Shown here: piece after piece, positions 27,418-37,962 of the stretch | Layout: each line of letters begins with the position of its first letter | Numbering within the stretch: position 1 is the stretch's first letter | Assembly (NCBI GenBank): GCA_051859245.1 | Contig: JBHYGA010000001.1 | Coordinates: 768,001 to 832,000 of the forward strand | Direction: 5' to 3' | DNA: 64,000 bases | DNA from: Gemmatimonadaceae bacterium | GTDB taxonomy: Bacteria; Gemmatimonadota; Gemmatimonadetes; Gemmatimonadales; Gemmatimonadaceae | Notes under the pieces: generated by a model | Database searches by the model: none | What the model was told of the DNA's origin: nothing | The model's input: only the letters and a program-made list of their open reading frames with translations | Program-made: the position numbers and the translations under genes

Positions 27418-28829
27418 GCCGTGGTACTGTGCAGGCGACGATCGCGCGCAAGGTTCGCGTTGACATACTCGGCATCACCGGTCACATCCCGCACAACGAA
27501 CGGCGCCAGCCACTCAGGGAACGTCACCAGCGTGTCGGCCGACGGCAGCTCAACCTCGGCGAGCACCAGCTCGCGATCGAGGAACACGTCCACTTCCCAA
27601 TGAAAGGCACCATCAACCACGGTATAGCGCACCTTCTCCACGCGCGCTGCGGCGGTGAGTGGCCACAGGCTTTCGAACAACAGCGGCTCGGTGGCTTCTT
27701 CCACCTCAATGCGTGCGACGCCTGTGCCTACCTTGACGGTACGCGTCCAGTCCACCCGTCCGTCGGCGCGCACGCTGCGACGCAAGCGCTCGCGGAGTTT
27801 TTCGCCGGGCAACCAGCCTTGCGCAATGCGAACGCCCGCATGTTTGGTGGCGTGCGGTGGTGCCTGACTTAGCAGAAATTTGCGTTCGATTTCGTGGTCG
27901 GCACGCGCAACGGTTGCGAGCGCCTGCGCGGTGGCCGGTACACGCTGCATCGCCGACGCGTGCACGTTTTCCAGCCACGAGCCTGAGGTTGCCTCACTCA
28001 GACGCTCACTCTCGTCATGGCAATAATCTGCCAACGCCGACAACGCCGCTGCCGCCGTTGCGTCGCGACGAGCAAGGAGACGCACGCGCAGCGCGAGCAA
28101 ATGTGCGTCCCGCGACGCACCCAGCGCATCCTGGGCAGACGACAAGACATCATACAAACCACGGATCGCGGGAAGTTCGTCGAGCCATGGAGCAAGCAGC
28201 GCGCGCAGTCGCTTGATGGCGATCCGCGCCGCGTGCAGACGCTCGCTGTCCGGCTGTTCGACGGCCAGCGTGACGGTGTATTCAAAACGATGGAGCGCGT
28301 GGTGCAACTGCTGCACCACTACCGCCGCAAACGGTTCGTGTCGTGCGGCCTCACCAACAATACGGCGCTCGGAATAGTGCATCAACCGATGTTGCCACGA
28401 CTCAACCGTCGAATCAAAATGGCGTGTCAACAACGGATCGATTCGCAGCGCATGCTTGGCACGTTTGCGTTCGAGCTGCACCATCAGATCATGGGCCCCG
28501 TCCTGCGCGAGCGTGGGCATGGCGCCAATGTGTTGATCAATCCAGGCACGTTGTACATCAAGGTCACGTACCTGGCCGAGTGCGCGATTGATCCGGCGCA
28601 GCGCGCGTTGCCCGCTTTTGCTGAAGGCCCGGTCCAGTACTTCGTGGTACGCGCGTAACGTTGCACGCAGGCGCGTTATTGCAACGCGTGCAGCGTGGAC
28701 CGCCTCGACATCATTCGAGTCGAGTCGGAGCAGTTCGCGTGCCTCACGGATGCGCGCGAGGAATCGCAGCGCGAGCGCACGCGCGGCGTCCGGAGCGGGT
28801 TCAGCAAGCAGTGGAGCAGGGTCGATCAT
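27414..28829 (-). CDS. CHAD plus CYTH domain protein (polyphosphate-binding / triphosphate tunnel metalloenzyme)
   Basis: CHAD HAARVAITRLR, GQVRDLDV, LHAARIAIKRLR; CYTH EIERKFLL, KVRY, WEVDVF, LAEVEL, YVNANLA. Confidence 0.9.
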   Translation of the reverse strand: MIDPAPLLAEPAPDAARALALRFLARIREARELLRLDSNDVEAVHAARVAITRLRATLRAYHEVLDRAFSKSGQRALRRINRALGQVRDLDVQRAWIDQHIGAMPTLAQDGAHDLMVQLERKRAKHALRIDPLLTRHFDSTVESWQHRLMHYSERRIVGEAARHEPFAAVVVQQLHHALHRFEYTVTLAVEQPDSERLHAARIAIKRLRALLAPWLDELPAIRGLYDVLSSAQDALGASRDAHLLALRVRLLARRDATAAAALSALADYCHDESERLSEATSGSWLENVHASAMQRVPATAQALATVARADHEIERKFLLSQAPPHATKHAGVRIAQGWLPGEKLRERLRRSVRADGRVDWTRTVKVGTGVARIEVEEATEPLLFESLWPLTAAARVEKVRYTVVDGAFHWEVDVFLDRELVLAEVELPSADTLVTFPEWLAPFVVRDVTGDAEYVNANLARDRRLHSTTA

Positions 28830-28906
28830 GGCCAGGCAGGAGTGGTGCGGCGGGAGAAGCGAGGCAGGTGTGGCGCGGCAGGCGTAGCGCGGCAGGAACG
28901 GTGCGG

Positions 28907-29134
28907 CTAGTCGCCGTCAGCCGCCGAGACGGTCACCTGCGCTGAACCATCCGGCAAGTAGTGGACGACGACCAACCATGGTTGGCAGCAGACCTGGCAA
29001 TCTTCGATGTACTCCTGAACGGCTCCAGACCCGGGGTCCAGCGCGATCTCATTGGGCTCGCCGCAGTAGGCGCAGTACACAAGGCTCGTGTCATCGGCCA
29101 CGCCATCGCCCAGGGGGAAGTCTTCATCATGCAT
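28907..29134 (-). CDS. CPXCG-motif cysteine-rich small protein
   Basis: CAYCGE...QEYIEDCQVCCQPW. Confidence 0.88.
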   Translation of the reverse strand: MHDEDFPLGDGVADDTSLVYCAYCGEPNEIALDPGSGAVQEYIEDCQVCCQPWLVVVHYLPDGSAQVTVSAADGD

Positions 29135-29347
29135 ACGCGCAAGTTACCGAGCCTCGGCGCCCGCGGCAGCTCGGTGTCCTCAAATGGCGACGTGCGATCG
29201 TCCCGCACGCGAGACGCTGCGGGTGACCGGCATCACCGAAACATGTTGCAGGACAAGTAGTTAGCTGCGCCGGTGGTCAGTGGCGCGCGGTCTGCAATAG
29301 AGACCGGCGTACACCACTGTCCCCCGAATCAGTTTCAGGAGAGTTGC

Positions 29348-29956
29348 ATGCCTTCCCTCACAGTTCGTGCCGTCGCGCTGGTCGCGGCCGTCCTCACGCT
29401 CGCCGCCTGCGGCAGTACGCGTGTGGCTCGAATTGATCCCGAGTCCGTCACCGACCTGTCGGGTCGGTGGAATGACGCGGATTCGCGCCTCGTCGCGAAC
29501 GCGCTGATCACGCAATCGATTGACGCCACCTGGTCCACCCAGTTCAGTGCGGCCAACGGCGGCAAAACGCCCACCGTGATTGTGGGCGCGTTCCGCAATC
29601 GCACGCTCGAGCACATTCCGGTGCAAACCTTCACTCGCGATCTCGAGCGCGCCTACATCACCACCGGCGCGGTTCGCGTGGTGGCCAGCGTAGATGAGCG
29701 CGGTGAGGTGCGTGCGGAACGCGCCGACCAGCAAGTGAATGCGGTGGCCGAGTCCCGCGCAAAGCTTGCCATGGAGCAGGGCGCCCAGTTCATGCTGCAG
29801 GGTGATGTGCAGGCCATTGAAGACGCGCAAGGTCGCGAACGCGTAGTCACCTATCAGATCGACGCCACGCTTTTGAATCTCGAAACCAACGCGAAGGTCT
29901 GGGTTGGTCAGCACAAGATCAAGAAGTACGTCGATCGCCGCCGTATCGGCTGGTAG
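29348..29956 (+). CDS. LpoB-like (CsgG/FlgN-fold) lipoprotein
   Basis: Lipobox LAAC, DLSGRWNDADS, NRTLEHI, GAQFMLQG, KVWVGQHKIKK. Confidence 0.85.
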   Translation: MPSLTVRAVALVAAVLTLAACGSTRVARIDPESVTDLSGRWNDADSRLVANALITQSIDATWSTQFSAANGGKTPTVIVGAFRNRTLEHIPVQTFTRDLERAYITTGAVRVVASVDERGEVRAERADQQVNAVAESRAKLAMEQGAQFMLQGDVQAIEDAQGRERVVTYQIDATLLNLETNAKVWVGQHKIKKYVDRRRIGW

Positions 29957-29965
29957 GAGAACCCC

Positions 29966-30805
29966 ATGCCTCTCATTCCAATGATTCAGACACATCGTCT
30001 GTTCGCGTGCGCCGCGCTCGTGGCGGCTGCCATTCTGGTTGGCTGCAACGGCCCGCGTGTGGTGCAGGAAGTTCCGATTCTGGTGACGGGCGATCGCGTG
30101 CAGATGGCTGATGAAGCCATCGCGAACGCGCAAGCTCGCGAAATCAGTGCGCGTGCCGAGCGCCAGGCACAACACGATTCCGTGACGGCGGCGGCTGTTG
30201 CCAACTGTGCGCCGTCTATTTGTGATGCCATCGGGCGCGGTGAAGTCGCGCTCGGCATGACAAGCGCGCAGGTGATGGCGGCTTCGCGCTCCGCACCAGA
30301 TGCGTGGAGCGTTCGGCGTACGGCCAGCAGTGCGGTGATGACCCCGGCGTCGCTCGATGCCGTACCCACCGATGCGCAGGGCGAACTGGCGATTGTGCAG
30401 TTCGAAGGCGACCACGTGTCGAGTGTGGCCCGTCGTGACCGCACAGGGCTGCGCGTGGAGAGTCGCCCTGCGGATACAACACGTGCGGCGCGCTCGCAGG
30501 CGTTGGCCGACGCGATCGTGCGAGAGGGCGATGATTTTGTCGCCGCCGGTGATCGGACGCGTGCGCTCGAGCGCTACGATCGTGCGCTCGTGCTCTCACC
30601 CGATGACGCGCTGCTCAACTACAAAGTCGCACAGTTGCTCGATCAGCAGTTGCGGCCGGTGGAAGCGTTGATGCGCTACCAGAAGTTCCTGCTGTCCCTT
30701 GAACTGCAGCGCATTGATGCCGTGGGCACGCAGAACGCAAAGCTGGCCGAAGCGATTGCTCTCGCGCAGCAGCGCATTGTGGTGCTCGATCGCCGCAGTC
30801 GTTGA
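29966..30805 (+). CDS. Lipoprotein with a SmpA/BamE-like segment and C-terminal TPRs
   Basis: Lipobox LVGC, GEVALGMTSAQV, TPR-like GDRTRALERYDRALVLSPDDA. Confidence 0.7.
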   Translation: MPLIPMIQTHRLFACAALVAAAILVGCNGPRVVQEVPILVTGDRVQMADEAIANAQAREISARAERQAQHDSVTAAAVANCAPSICDAIGRGEVALGMTSAQVMAASRSAPDAWSVRRTASSAVMTPASLDAVPTDAQGELAIVQFEGDHVSSVARRDRTGLRVESRPADTTRAARSQALADAIVREGDDFVAAGDRTRALERYDRALVLSPDDALLNYKVAQLLDQQLRPVEALMRYQKFLLSLELQRIDAVGTQNAKLAEAIALAQQRIVVLDRRSR

Positions 30806-30836
30806 TCTGGACACTCCCGTACTCCACGAGCCCGTC

Positions 30837-32621
30837 ATGCGTCGATCCATTGCCATCGTCCTGCTGTCACTCACCGCGTTCGCGTTGAGTGGCTGCAGCG
30901 CGTGGTCACGCGGGCCGTCGCACGTCTCGAGTGTGGCACCAAGCGGCTTGCCGTGGGGCGAGGAGTTGATCCGACGCGCGCTGGTCATGGGCACGTTTGA
31001 TCAGGCGTATGATCGCACACTCAAAGGGCGTGATGGTGCGCCAAAAGACGCGCTGCTTCGCGCACTCTTTCGAGGGCAGGCGGCGTATTACGCGGGTCGC
31101 TTCGAAGACGCCGCGTCGGCGTTTGCCGAAGCGGAGCAGCTGACGGAGCAGCGTTACACGAAGAGTGCGTCGCGGGGCGTGCTTTCCGTGCTTACCAATG
31201 ATCACGCGCTGCACTACGTGCCGCCGCGCACCGAACGCCTGTTCATGCGCTACTACGCAATGATGGCGCGCGTCCAGTCTGGAGATGTTGATGCGGCCGC
31301 CGTAGACGCGCGTCGCCTGTCAGCGTTGCTTGAACAGTGGGCGGGCGATGTGGATCCGGCAGAGCGCGCCACGCACGCCGCTCTGCGCGACGTCGCTGGC
31401 GCCGTGTTCGAAGCGGCAGGTGAATGGAATGACGCGAGTGTCGCGTATCGCAACAGTGCGTTGCTGCGCGGTGCGTCACGCGCCGCCGTGGATTCCATTG
31501 AGGTCACACGGCCGCTCGGCGACAGCGCCACGGTGCTGCTCGTGATGGAAAGTGGATTCGTGGCGCACTACGTGTCGCAGGAGATTGCCATTCCGATGGA
31601 AACGGAGCGCAGCGCGCGTCGTACACGCGGGTCGTTTGCCGATGACATTGAGACGATCGGGATCGCGTCCGCGCGCAATCCGTTCGTCGACACTACCGTG
31701 TCCGCGCCGTCAACGAACATTGCACGTCCGTCGCGATCCGGGGGGCTGCAACGACTGCCTAATAACTATCCGGCACGCATGTCCATGCCGCGTCCTGATC
31801 GTGTTGCGGTCGCGCTGCCAACGGATTCCACAGATCCCGATTCTGTCGCTACACCGTCACGTACGTCCACCTGGCTCGCCGCGTTTGATGCGCTGCCAGA
31901 CGGTGGTGTGTTTGCCGACGCCGCGCCGGACGGAAACGCGAGTGTTGAAGCATCAACTGACATGCCGTTCACCGTGGCGAGCGACTGGACGCCACGTCGC
32001 GTGCCTCGTACCCGGTATCTCGGGAATCGGCAACACGGTGGCAACTGGATTCAGATCGAGTGGCCGAGCCTGGTGCGCTCGCGTCTCCCCAGCGCGGCCG
32101 CGCAGTTCGCGCTGCACGGTGTCGCACATGCTCGACGCGATTCCAACGATACCGGTGCGTGGCAGCGCTCGGTGCTGGTCAGCGCGGCGCCCAGCAACAG
32201 CGCAAATCTCAGTGATGCCGTGGGCGCCGATGCGCGTCGCCTGCGCGGACCGCGCCTGGCTCGCCTGACGGCGCGGACGATCACACGTGTGGCAGCCGTA
32301 GAGGCAGTGCGTGACAAACACGGCGAAGCGGCGGGCATGCTGGCCGGAATGTTCGTGTCGGCGATCGAGCGTGCAGATACGCGTGCCTGGCACCTGTTGC
32401 CGGGTCGGCTGGTCTTGCAGCGCGTGCGTGTGCCAGCGGGTTCCGTGGAGCCCACACTGGTGGTGGGCGCGCCGGCGAATGCATTCAAACAAAGTATGTC
32501 GTCCATAGCCCTGCGCCCCGGATCGGTCCACGTATTTTCATCACGCGTTTGGCGGGATCCGGCGGGTGCTCTGGCGGGTACGTCCGCCGTAGCGATCGAG
32601 GACGCGGAAAAGCGGCCCTGA
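30837..32621 (+). CDS. COG3014-like TPR lipoprotein
   Basis: Lipobox LSGC, N-terminal TPRs, LTND...Y, ERADTRAWHLLP; clustered with the LpoB-like gene. Confidence 0.75.
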   Translation: MRRSIAIVLLSLTAFALSGCSAWSRGPSHVSSVAPSGLPWGEELIRRALVMGTFDQAYDRTLKGRDGAPKDALLRALFRGQAAYYAGRFEDAASAFAEAEQLTEQRYTKSASRGVLSVLTNDHALHYVPPRTERLFMRYYAMMARVQSGDVDAAAVDARRLSALLEQWAGDVDPAERATHAALRDVAGAVFEAAGEWNDASVAYRNSALLRGASRAAVDSIEVTRPLGDSATVLLVMESGFVAHYVSQEIAIPMETERSARRTRGSFADDIETIGIASARNPFVDTTVSAPSTNIARPSRSGGLQRLPNNYPARMSMPRPDRVAVALPTDSTDPDSVATPSRTSTWLAAFDALPDGGVFADAAPDGNASVEASTDMPFTVASDWTPRRVPRTRYLGNRQHGGNWIQIEWPSLVRSRLPSAAAQFALHGVAHARRDSNDTGAWQRSVLVSAAPSNSANLSDAVGADARRLRGPRLARLTARTITRVAAVEAVRDKHGEAAGMLAGMFVSAIERADTRAWHLLPGRLVLQRVRVPAGSVEPTLVVGAPANAFKQSMSSIALRPGSVHVFSSRVWRDPAGALAGTSAVAIEDAEKRP

Positions 32622-32720
32622 TCTCTATCTTTACGGGAGCATTTGACCGCGACGCAGCGTTGTGACTGTGACGCGCCAGCCCGGAGTCCGGCGGCGTCGC
32701 CACTTTGACCCTATTGCAAC

Positions 32721-34994
32721 ATGACCGCACCTCAGTCCATTCGCGCCGCGCAGTTACTTGCGAAGGCGCTTCGTCTGGATATTGACCCTTCGGCGTGGAT
32801 TTCATTGGAGCGACGCGTGCCGGCAGGCGCGCAGGCGCAGCAACTGCTGGCCCTAGGACAATCCATCGAGATTGCCTTTCTGTCGCGCGATATCGACAGC
32901 GCGAGCGTCGGGCAGGCGGTGAGTCAGCGCGACACACCTGTTGTCCTGATGGCCAGCTCGACTTCCGCCGACGGTGACCTGCTGGTATTGGCGGAAGATG
33001 CGCCCGGTAAAGCGGCGCTTTGGCTCGTGCCGAGCGCTGGCGAAGCGCGAATACTGACGGCGCGTTCACCCGAGGCGGTGGCCGCCGAGGTGACGGCGCG
33101 ATTTGGTCCGCGCTGTCATGCGCTCTCGCCGTTTGGCTTGCGCCCGAGCGTTACGCCTGGCGCCGCGGTTGAGGTGCTCGACGCCGACGAGGACACGCAG
33201 GCCGAAGACGAATCCACCGCGCACGGATCGCAAGCGGTGTCGCGATTGTGGGAACTGTTGTCACGCGATCGTCGCGAAATCCTGGTGGTCTTTTTCTACG
33301 CGGGCCTCGCGGGCTTGTTCTCGCTCACACTGCCGCTCAGCGTCGGCGCGATTGTGCAGCTCATTCAGGGCGGCCTGATTCTGCAGTCGGCGACGATCCT
33401 GATCGCGTATGTGATTGTGGGAACGATCGTGGCCGGTGTGTTGCAGGTGCTGCAGCTGGGCGTTGTTGAGCGCATTCAGCAACGCGTGTTTGCACGCATG
33501 GCGCTTGAGTACTCGTTCCATTTGCCACGCGTCCGGTACGATGTGTTTCTGAAAGAAGACCTTCCGGAAAGCATGAACCGCCTGTTCGAAGCGGCGCTCA
33601 TCCAGAAGAGTCTGGCCAAGTTCCTGCTCGACACATCGCAGGCGTTGCTGACCATCTTTTTTGGACTCATCCTGCTCACGTTCTACCACCCGTACTTCAC
33701 GCTGGTGGGACTGCTGCTCGTGCTCACGCTGGGTCTGCTTTTTTACGTGACGGGGCCGAAGGGCCTGGCCACGTCACTCATGGAGAGCAAGTACAAGTAC
33801 CGCGCGGTGCACTGGTTGGAAGAAGTCGCGCGCGCGTTTCACGCGTTCAAGTTTGCGGGCCGCTCGCAGCTCGCGCTGTCGCGTATGGACGCGATTCTGA
33901 CCAAGTATCTCAAGTATCGCAACAAACACTTCAAGGTGTTGGTGCAACAGGCGGTGGCCATCGTGGTGTTCAAGACGATGATCACCGCTGGACTGTTGAT
34001 CGTTGGCACGGTACTGGTCGTCAATCGTCAGATCACACTCGGTCAGTTTGTTGCCTCCGAGTTGGTCGTGGTCACGGTGCTCGCCGGTGTCGAAAAACTG
34101 GTGCTGTCGCTGAGCGTGGTGTACGACATTCTCACATCTGTCGAAAAGGCCGGCCACGTGACCGACTTGCCGATCGACGAAGTGGGACGCACACCGCTGC
34201 CATTCAGCACGCGTGGCATGACCATGGAATCCCGCGACCTCTCGTATTCGTACGCGAGCACCGGCACCGTGGTGTTGCATGACGTGTCGATCACAATCAC
34301 TCCGGGCCAGCGCGTGGCACTCACCGGCTTCAAGGGAGCAGGGCGAAGTACGCTGCTGCGATTGCTCGGTGGCTTGCTCGACGACTATCAGGGCACGCTG
34401 CTGGTTGACGGAGTCTCCATGCACGATGTCGATCGGGACGCCATGCGCGAACGTGTCGGACAGGTACTGTCACTGACCGATCTGTTCGAAGGCTCGATCG
34501 CCGACAACGTGTCGGTTGGTCGCAGTCACATTGGCGAAGAGCAGGTGTGGGAAGCACTGCGTCTGGTCGGGCTCGATCGCGAAGTGCAAGCCATGCGACA
34601 CGGGCTCGAAACGCGCATCACCAATGGTGGTCGTTCGCTGCCGTCCCATATCGCCACCAAGTTGCTCTTCGCGCAGGGAATCGCTGGCGAGCCACGACTG
34701 GTGCTGTTCGACGATTTGTTCATGAATCTGCTGGCCGAAGATCGTCGGCGACTGCTGGCCATTCTCGCTGATCCGGCCCGGCAGTGGACCGTGATCGCGG
34801 TGTCGCATGATCCCGTGCTGCTCGAATCGTTTGATCGGGTGGTCGTGATTCGTGATGGCACCGTCGCGGCCGACGGCACGTTCTCACAAGTGCGCGAAGA
34901 TCCATACTGCGAAAGCCTGCTCGACACACACGTTCGCACCGGCGAAATGGCGCGCGGCGTGCGTGAGAGCGGCGCGGCCGGAGCGCGTGTATGA
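32721..34994 (+). CDS. HlyB-like ABC exporter (TMD plus NBD) with degenerate ATPase motifs
   Basis: Six-TM domain, ITLGQFVASE, Walker A GFKGAGRST, signature position LPSHI, Walker B LVLFDD, H-loop SHD. Confidence 0.9.
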   Translation: MTAPQSIRAAQLLAKALRLDIDPSAWISLERRVPAGAQAQQLLALGQSIEIAFLSRDIDSASVGQAVSQRDTPVVLMASSTSADGDLLVLAEDAPGKAALWLVPSAGEARILTARSPEAVAAEVTARFGPRCHALSPFGLRPSVTPGAAVEVLDADEDTQAEDESTAHGSQAVSRLWELLSRDRREILVVFFYAGLAGLFSLTLPLSVGAIVQLIQGGLILQSATILIAYVIVGTIVAGVLQVLQLGVVERIQQRVFARMALEYSFHLPRVRYDVFLKEDLPESMNRLFEAALIQKSLAKFLLDTSQALLTIFFGLILLTFYHPYFTLVGLLLVLTLGLLFYVTGPKGLATSLMESKYKYRAVHWLEEVARAFHAFKFAGRSQLALSRMDAILTKYLKYRNKHFKVLVQQAVAIVVFKTMITAGLLIVGTVLVVNRQITLGQFVASELVVVTVLAGVEKLVLSLSVVYDILTSVEKAGHVTDLPIDEVGRTPLPFSTRGMTMESRDLSYSYASTGTVVLHDVSITITPGQRVALTGFKGAGRSTLLRLLGGLLDDYQGTLLVDGVSMHDVDRDAMRERVGQVLSLTDLFEGSIADNVSVGRSHIGEEQVWEALRLVGLDREVQAMRHGLETRITNGGRSLPSHIATKLLFAQGIAGEPRLVLFDDLFMNLLAEDRRRLLAILADPARQWTVIAVSHDPVLLESFDRVVVIRDGTVAADGTFSQVREDPYCESLLDTHVRTGEMARGVRESGAAGARV

Positions 34995-36370
34995 GCAAGA
35001 CCAACGGAGGTACTCGCAAGGCGTTCGATCTGGAATCGATGCCGCTCAACGCGTCGCGGCTGCTGTACGAATCGCAGTCGTACTCGGCAGTTGCCCGCTG
35101 GCTGCTCGGCATCCTTGTCGCGCTCATACTCGCGGCCTTCCTGCCGTGGCAGCAGAGCGTGCAGGGTGATGGTATGGTCAGCGCGCTGAGTCCATCAGAC
35201 CGTCCACAATCGTTGCCATCGCGCATTGACGGGCGTGTGGAACGCTGGTTTGTAGCCGAAGGTCAGTTCGTAACTCGCGGCACGCCGATCGTACAGATTT
35301 CGGAAATCAAAGACGAATATCTGGATCCGGAAATTGTCGCGCGCACCACGGAGCAGCTCGAAGCCAAGCGCGCGTCGAATGACGACAAACGCGCCAAGGC
35401 TCGAGCACTGGAGGCGCAGATCGCCGCGTTGACGGAATCGCTTGAGTTCAAGCTTGAACAAACACGCAACAAAGTCCGCCAGCTGGAAGCGGCGGTCGCT
35501 CAGTTCACGCTCGAAGACTCAATCGCGTCCGATCAGTTCGCGCGACGCGATTCGCTGTACCGCTCGCCGCTGGGTCTCGTCTCGCTCAACGATTTGCAGT
35601 CGACGCGCATGCGCGCGCAGGCCGCGTCTGCGGCATTGGTGCAGCGTCGGAATGAGCTGCTCAATGCGCAAATCGAGTTGAACTCACTCGACGCCGAGTA
35701 TCGCGAAAAGATTGAAAAGTCGCGCTCGGATCGCGCTGGCACGCTGGCTGAAGTGGCCGATGGCGAAGTGGAAATTTCAAAGCTGCGCAACAAGGTCGCG
35801 TCGCTTGAAGTCCGTCAGTCGTACTACCGCATTGAAGCGCCGCAGGACGGCTACGTGGTTAAGGCCATCGTGCAGGGTGTGGGCGAGCTGGTGAAAGCCG
35901 GCGATCCCATTGTGACGGTGCAACCGGCCACGCCCCGTCAGGCTGTGGAGCTGTATGTGCGCGCCATGGACGTACCGCTCTTGCAGCCTGGCCGAAAAGT
36001 TCGCTTGCAGTTCGACGGCTGGCCCGCCCTGCAGTTCTCCGGCTGGCCGAGTGTTGCCGTGGGTACGTTTGGTGGCGAGGTCGCGGTGATTGACCAGGTG
36101 GCCAGCGTGGACGGGCGGTTCCGCGTGCTGGTGGTCCCGGATCCGAACGACGATCCGTGGCCCGCGCAGTTGCGCGTCGGATCCGGCGTGTACGGTTGGG
36201 CGCTGCTTGATACCGTGCGTGTGTGGTTCGAGATCTGGCGTCAGTTGAACGGTTTCCCGCCGGCGTTGAATGCGAACACCGCAGCCAGTGGATCCGATGC
36301 GCGCAGCGCGCCGCTTCCGTCGGGTAGCAGCACGTCTGGTGGAAGCAAATCGGGCGGAGGCAGCAAGTGA
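34991..36370 (+). CDS. HlyD-family membrane fusion protein
   Basis: TM plus LPWQQSV, lipoyl halves GRVERWFVAEGQFV and IEAPQDGYV, coiled coil, FDGWPALQFSGWP. ATGA overlap. Confidence 0.93.
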   Translation: MSKTNGGTRKAFDLESMPLNASRLLYESQSYSAVARWLLGILVALILAAFLPWQQSVQGDGMVSALSPSDRPQSLPSRIDGRVERWFVAEGQFVTRGTPIVQISEIKDEYLDPEIVARTTEQLEAKRASNDDKRAKARALEAQIAALTESLEFKLEQTRNKVRQLEAAVAQFTLEDSIASDQFARRDSLYRSPLGLVSLNDLQSTRMRAQAASAALVQRRNELLNAQIELNSLDAEYREKIEKSRSDRAGTLAEVADGEVEISKLRNKVASLEVRQSYYRIEAPQDGYVVKAIVQGVGELVKAGDPIVTVQPATPRQAVELYVRAMDVPLLQPGRKVRLQFDGWPALQFSGWPSVAVGTFGGEVAVIDQVASVDGRFRVLVVPDPNDDPWPAQLRVGSGVYGWALLDTVRVWFEIWRQLNGFPPALNANTAASGSDARSAPLPSGSSTSGGSKSGGGSK

Positions 36371-37866
36371 CGCGTCGCTGGGCCGCGATACTGGCTATTG
36401 CGGGCACGGCATTCGTGAGTGCGCACACGCTGCCCGCGCAGACAACCGTGTGGAACGACTCGACTGCGGTGAAAGCGCCGGCGGATACAATTCTGTATCC
36501 GTACGCGGCGTTCATCGCGCAGGTGCTCGCCAACCACCCGGTGTCGCGGCAGGCCGACCTGGTGGCCGAAGATGTGCGCAGTCAACTGCGCTCGGCGTGG
36601 GGTGCGTTTGATCCAACCGTTGCCGCGAGCTGGGATCAGAAGCGGTTCGACGGAACCGGTTACTACTCGTACGCGGATGTCTCGGTAAAAATTCCCACGC
36701 CGATTGGCAGCGACATCAAGATTGGATACGAGCGCGCAGCCGGTACGTACATCAATCCGGATCGTCGTACGCCAGATGTTGGTTTGCTCACTGCGGGGTT
36801 TAGTATCCCGCTCGGTCAGCGGCTGCTCACCGACGAACGGCGCACCGCACTCACGCAGGCACGTGCACTCCGCGACGCGGGTGAAGCTGATCGGGAAGCG
36901 ATCGTAAACAATCTCGTGTTGAACGCCGCGCGCGCGTACGGTTCGTGGTACGAAGCGTGGCGCCGACGTGAGATTGCACGCGAAGGTGTTGGGCTGGCCG
37001 CGTTCCGCCTGGAGGCGGTGCAAGCGGCCGTCGAAAGGGGCGTTAGTCCAGCGGTTGATACGCTCGAAGCCTCAATCGAAGTGCAGCGTCGGGAGGTCAC
37101 GCTGCGAGAGGCTGACGCCTCGTTCTTTACCGCCGAACTCGTGCTGACCGCGTATTTGTGGGATGGCGCCGGCCGACCGATTTCGCTGGCCGAAGGCGTG
37201 CGACCATCACTCACTGGACTGGACGCGACCTCGCTGCCCGCCGTGGATTCGTTGGCGGTGGCGCGCTGGCTGGAGGAAGCGCGCACGCGTAGTCCGCAGC
37301 TGCGGAAACTCGACGCCGATGTGCGCTCCGCCGAGGCGCAACGCTTGCTCGCGGGACAGCAGTTTATTCCGTTTGCTGAAGCAACCGTGTACGCGATCTC
37401 TGAACGCGGAACCACGCCGCCGGTGTTCAACCGATCGGAGAACGAATCGAACTACAAAGGCGCACTCGATATCAAATCCCCATTGCTCTTTTTGAAGGAG
37501 CGCGGAAAGTTTGGCAGTGCCAGTGCGAAACTCGATATTCGGCGACTTGAGCGGGACCGCGTAGCGCGCGACGTAGAGAACGCCGTGCGGATCGCCGCCA
37601 ACGAACTGACCGTACTCGCGGGCTTGCTGGAGTTGCAGCAGCGAAACGTGGAACGAACGCGACTGCTCCGCGATGCCGAGCAGGAGAGATTCGCCACGGG
37701 CGAGAGCACGCTGTTGGTTGTGAACCTGCGTGAACGCGCCGTGCTCGACGAGTCGGTTCGGCAGGCGCAGTACGAAGCACGCATCGCCGCCGCGCGGGCA
37801 ACGCTCGCCGTTGCAATAGGTAATCTGACCACACTTCCGGAAACGGCCGGTGCTCGACCGAACTGA
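36367..37866 (+). CDS. TolC-family outer membrane efflux protein
   Basis: Signal peptide, GAFDP, EQERFATGESTLLVVNLRE. GTGA overlap with the MFP gene. Confidence 0.9.
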   Translation: MTRRWAAILAIAGTAFVSAHTLPAQTTVWNDSTAVKAPADTILYPYAAFIAQVLANHPVSRQADLVAEDVRSQLRSAWGAFDPTVAASWDQKRFDGTGYYSYADVSVKIPTPIGSDIKIGYERAAGTYINPDRRTPDVGLLTAGFSIPLGQRLLTDERRTALTQARALRDAGEADREAIVNNLVLNAARAYGSWYEAWRRREIAREGVGLAAFRLEAVQAAVERGVSPAVDTLEASIEVQRREVTLREADASFFTAELVLTAYLWDGAGRPISLAEGVRPSLTGLDATSLPAVDSLAVARWLEEARTRSPQLRKLDADVRSAEAQRLLAGQQFIPFAEATVYAISERGTTPPVFNRSENESNYKGALDIKSPLLFLKERGKFGSASAKLDIRRLERDRVARDVENAVRIAANELTVLAGLLELQQRNVERTRLLRDAEQERFATGESTLLVVNLRERAVLDESVRQAQYEARIAAARATLAVAIGNLTTLPETAGARPN

Positions 37867-37962
37867 TTGCGACGAGACATGTGAATTCGGCGACGGTGCC
37901 TGCAACCTTGGAGCACGGAATACGTAGGGCAGGGATCACCTTCACCGAATCGAAAATCCCCT

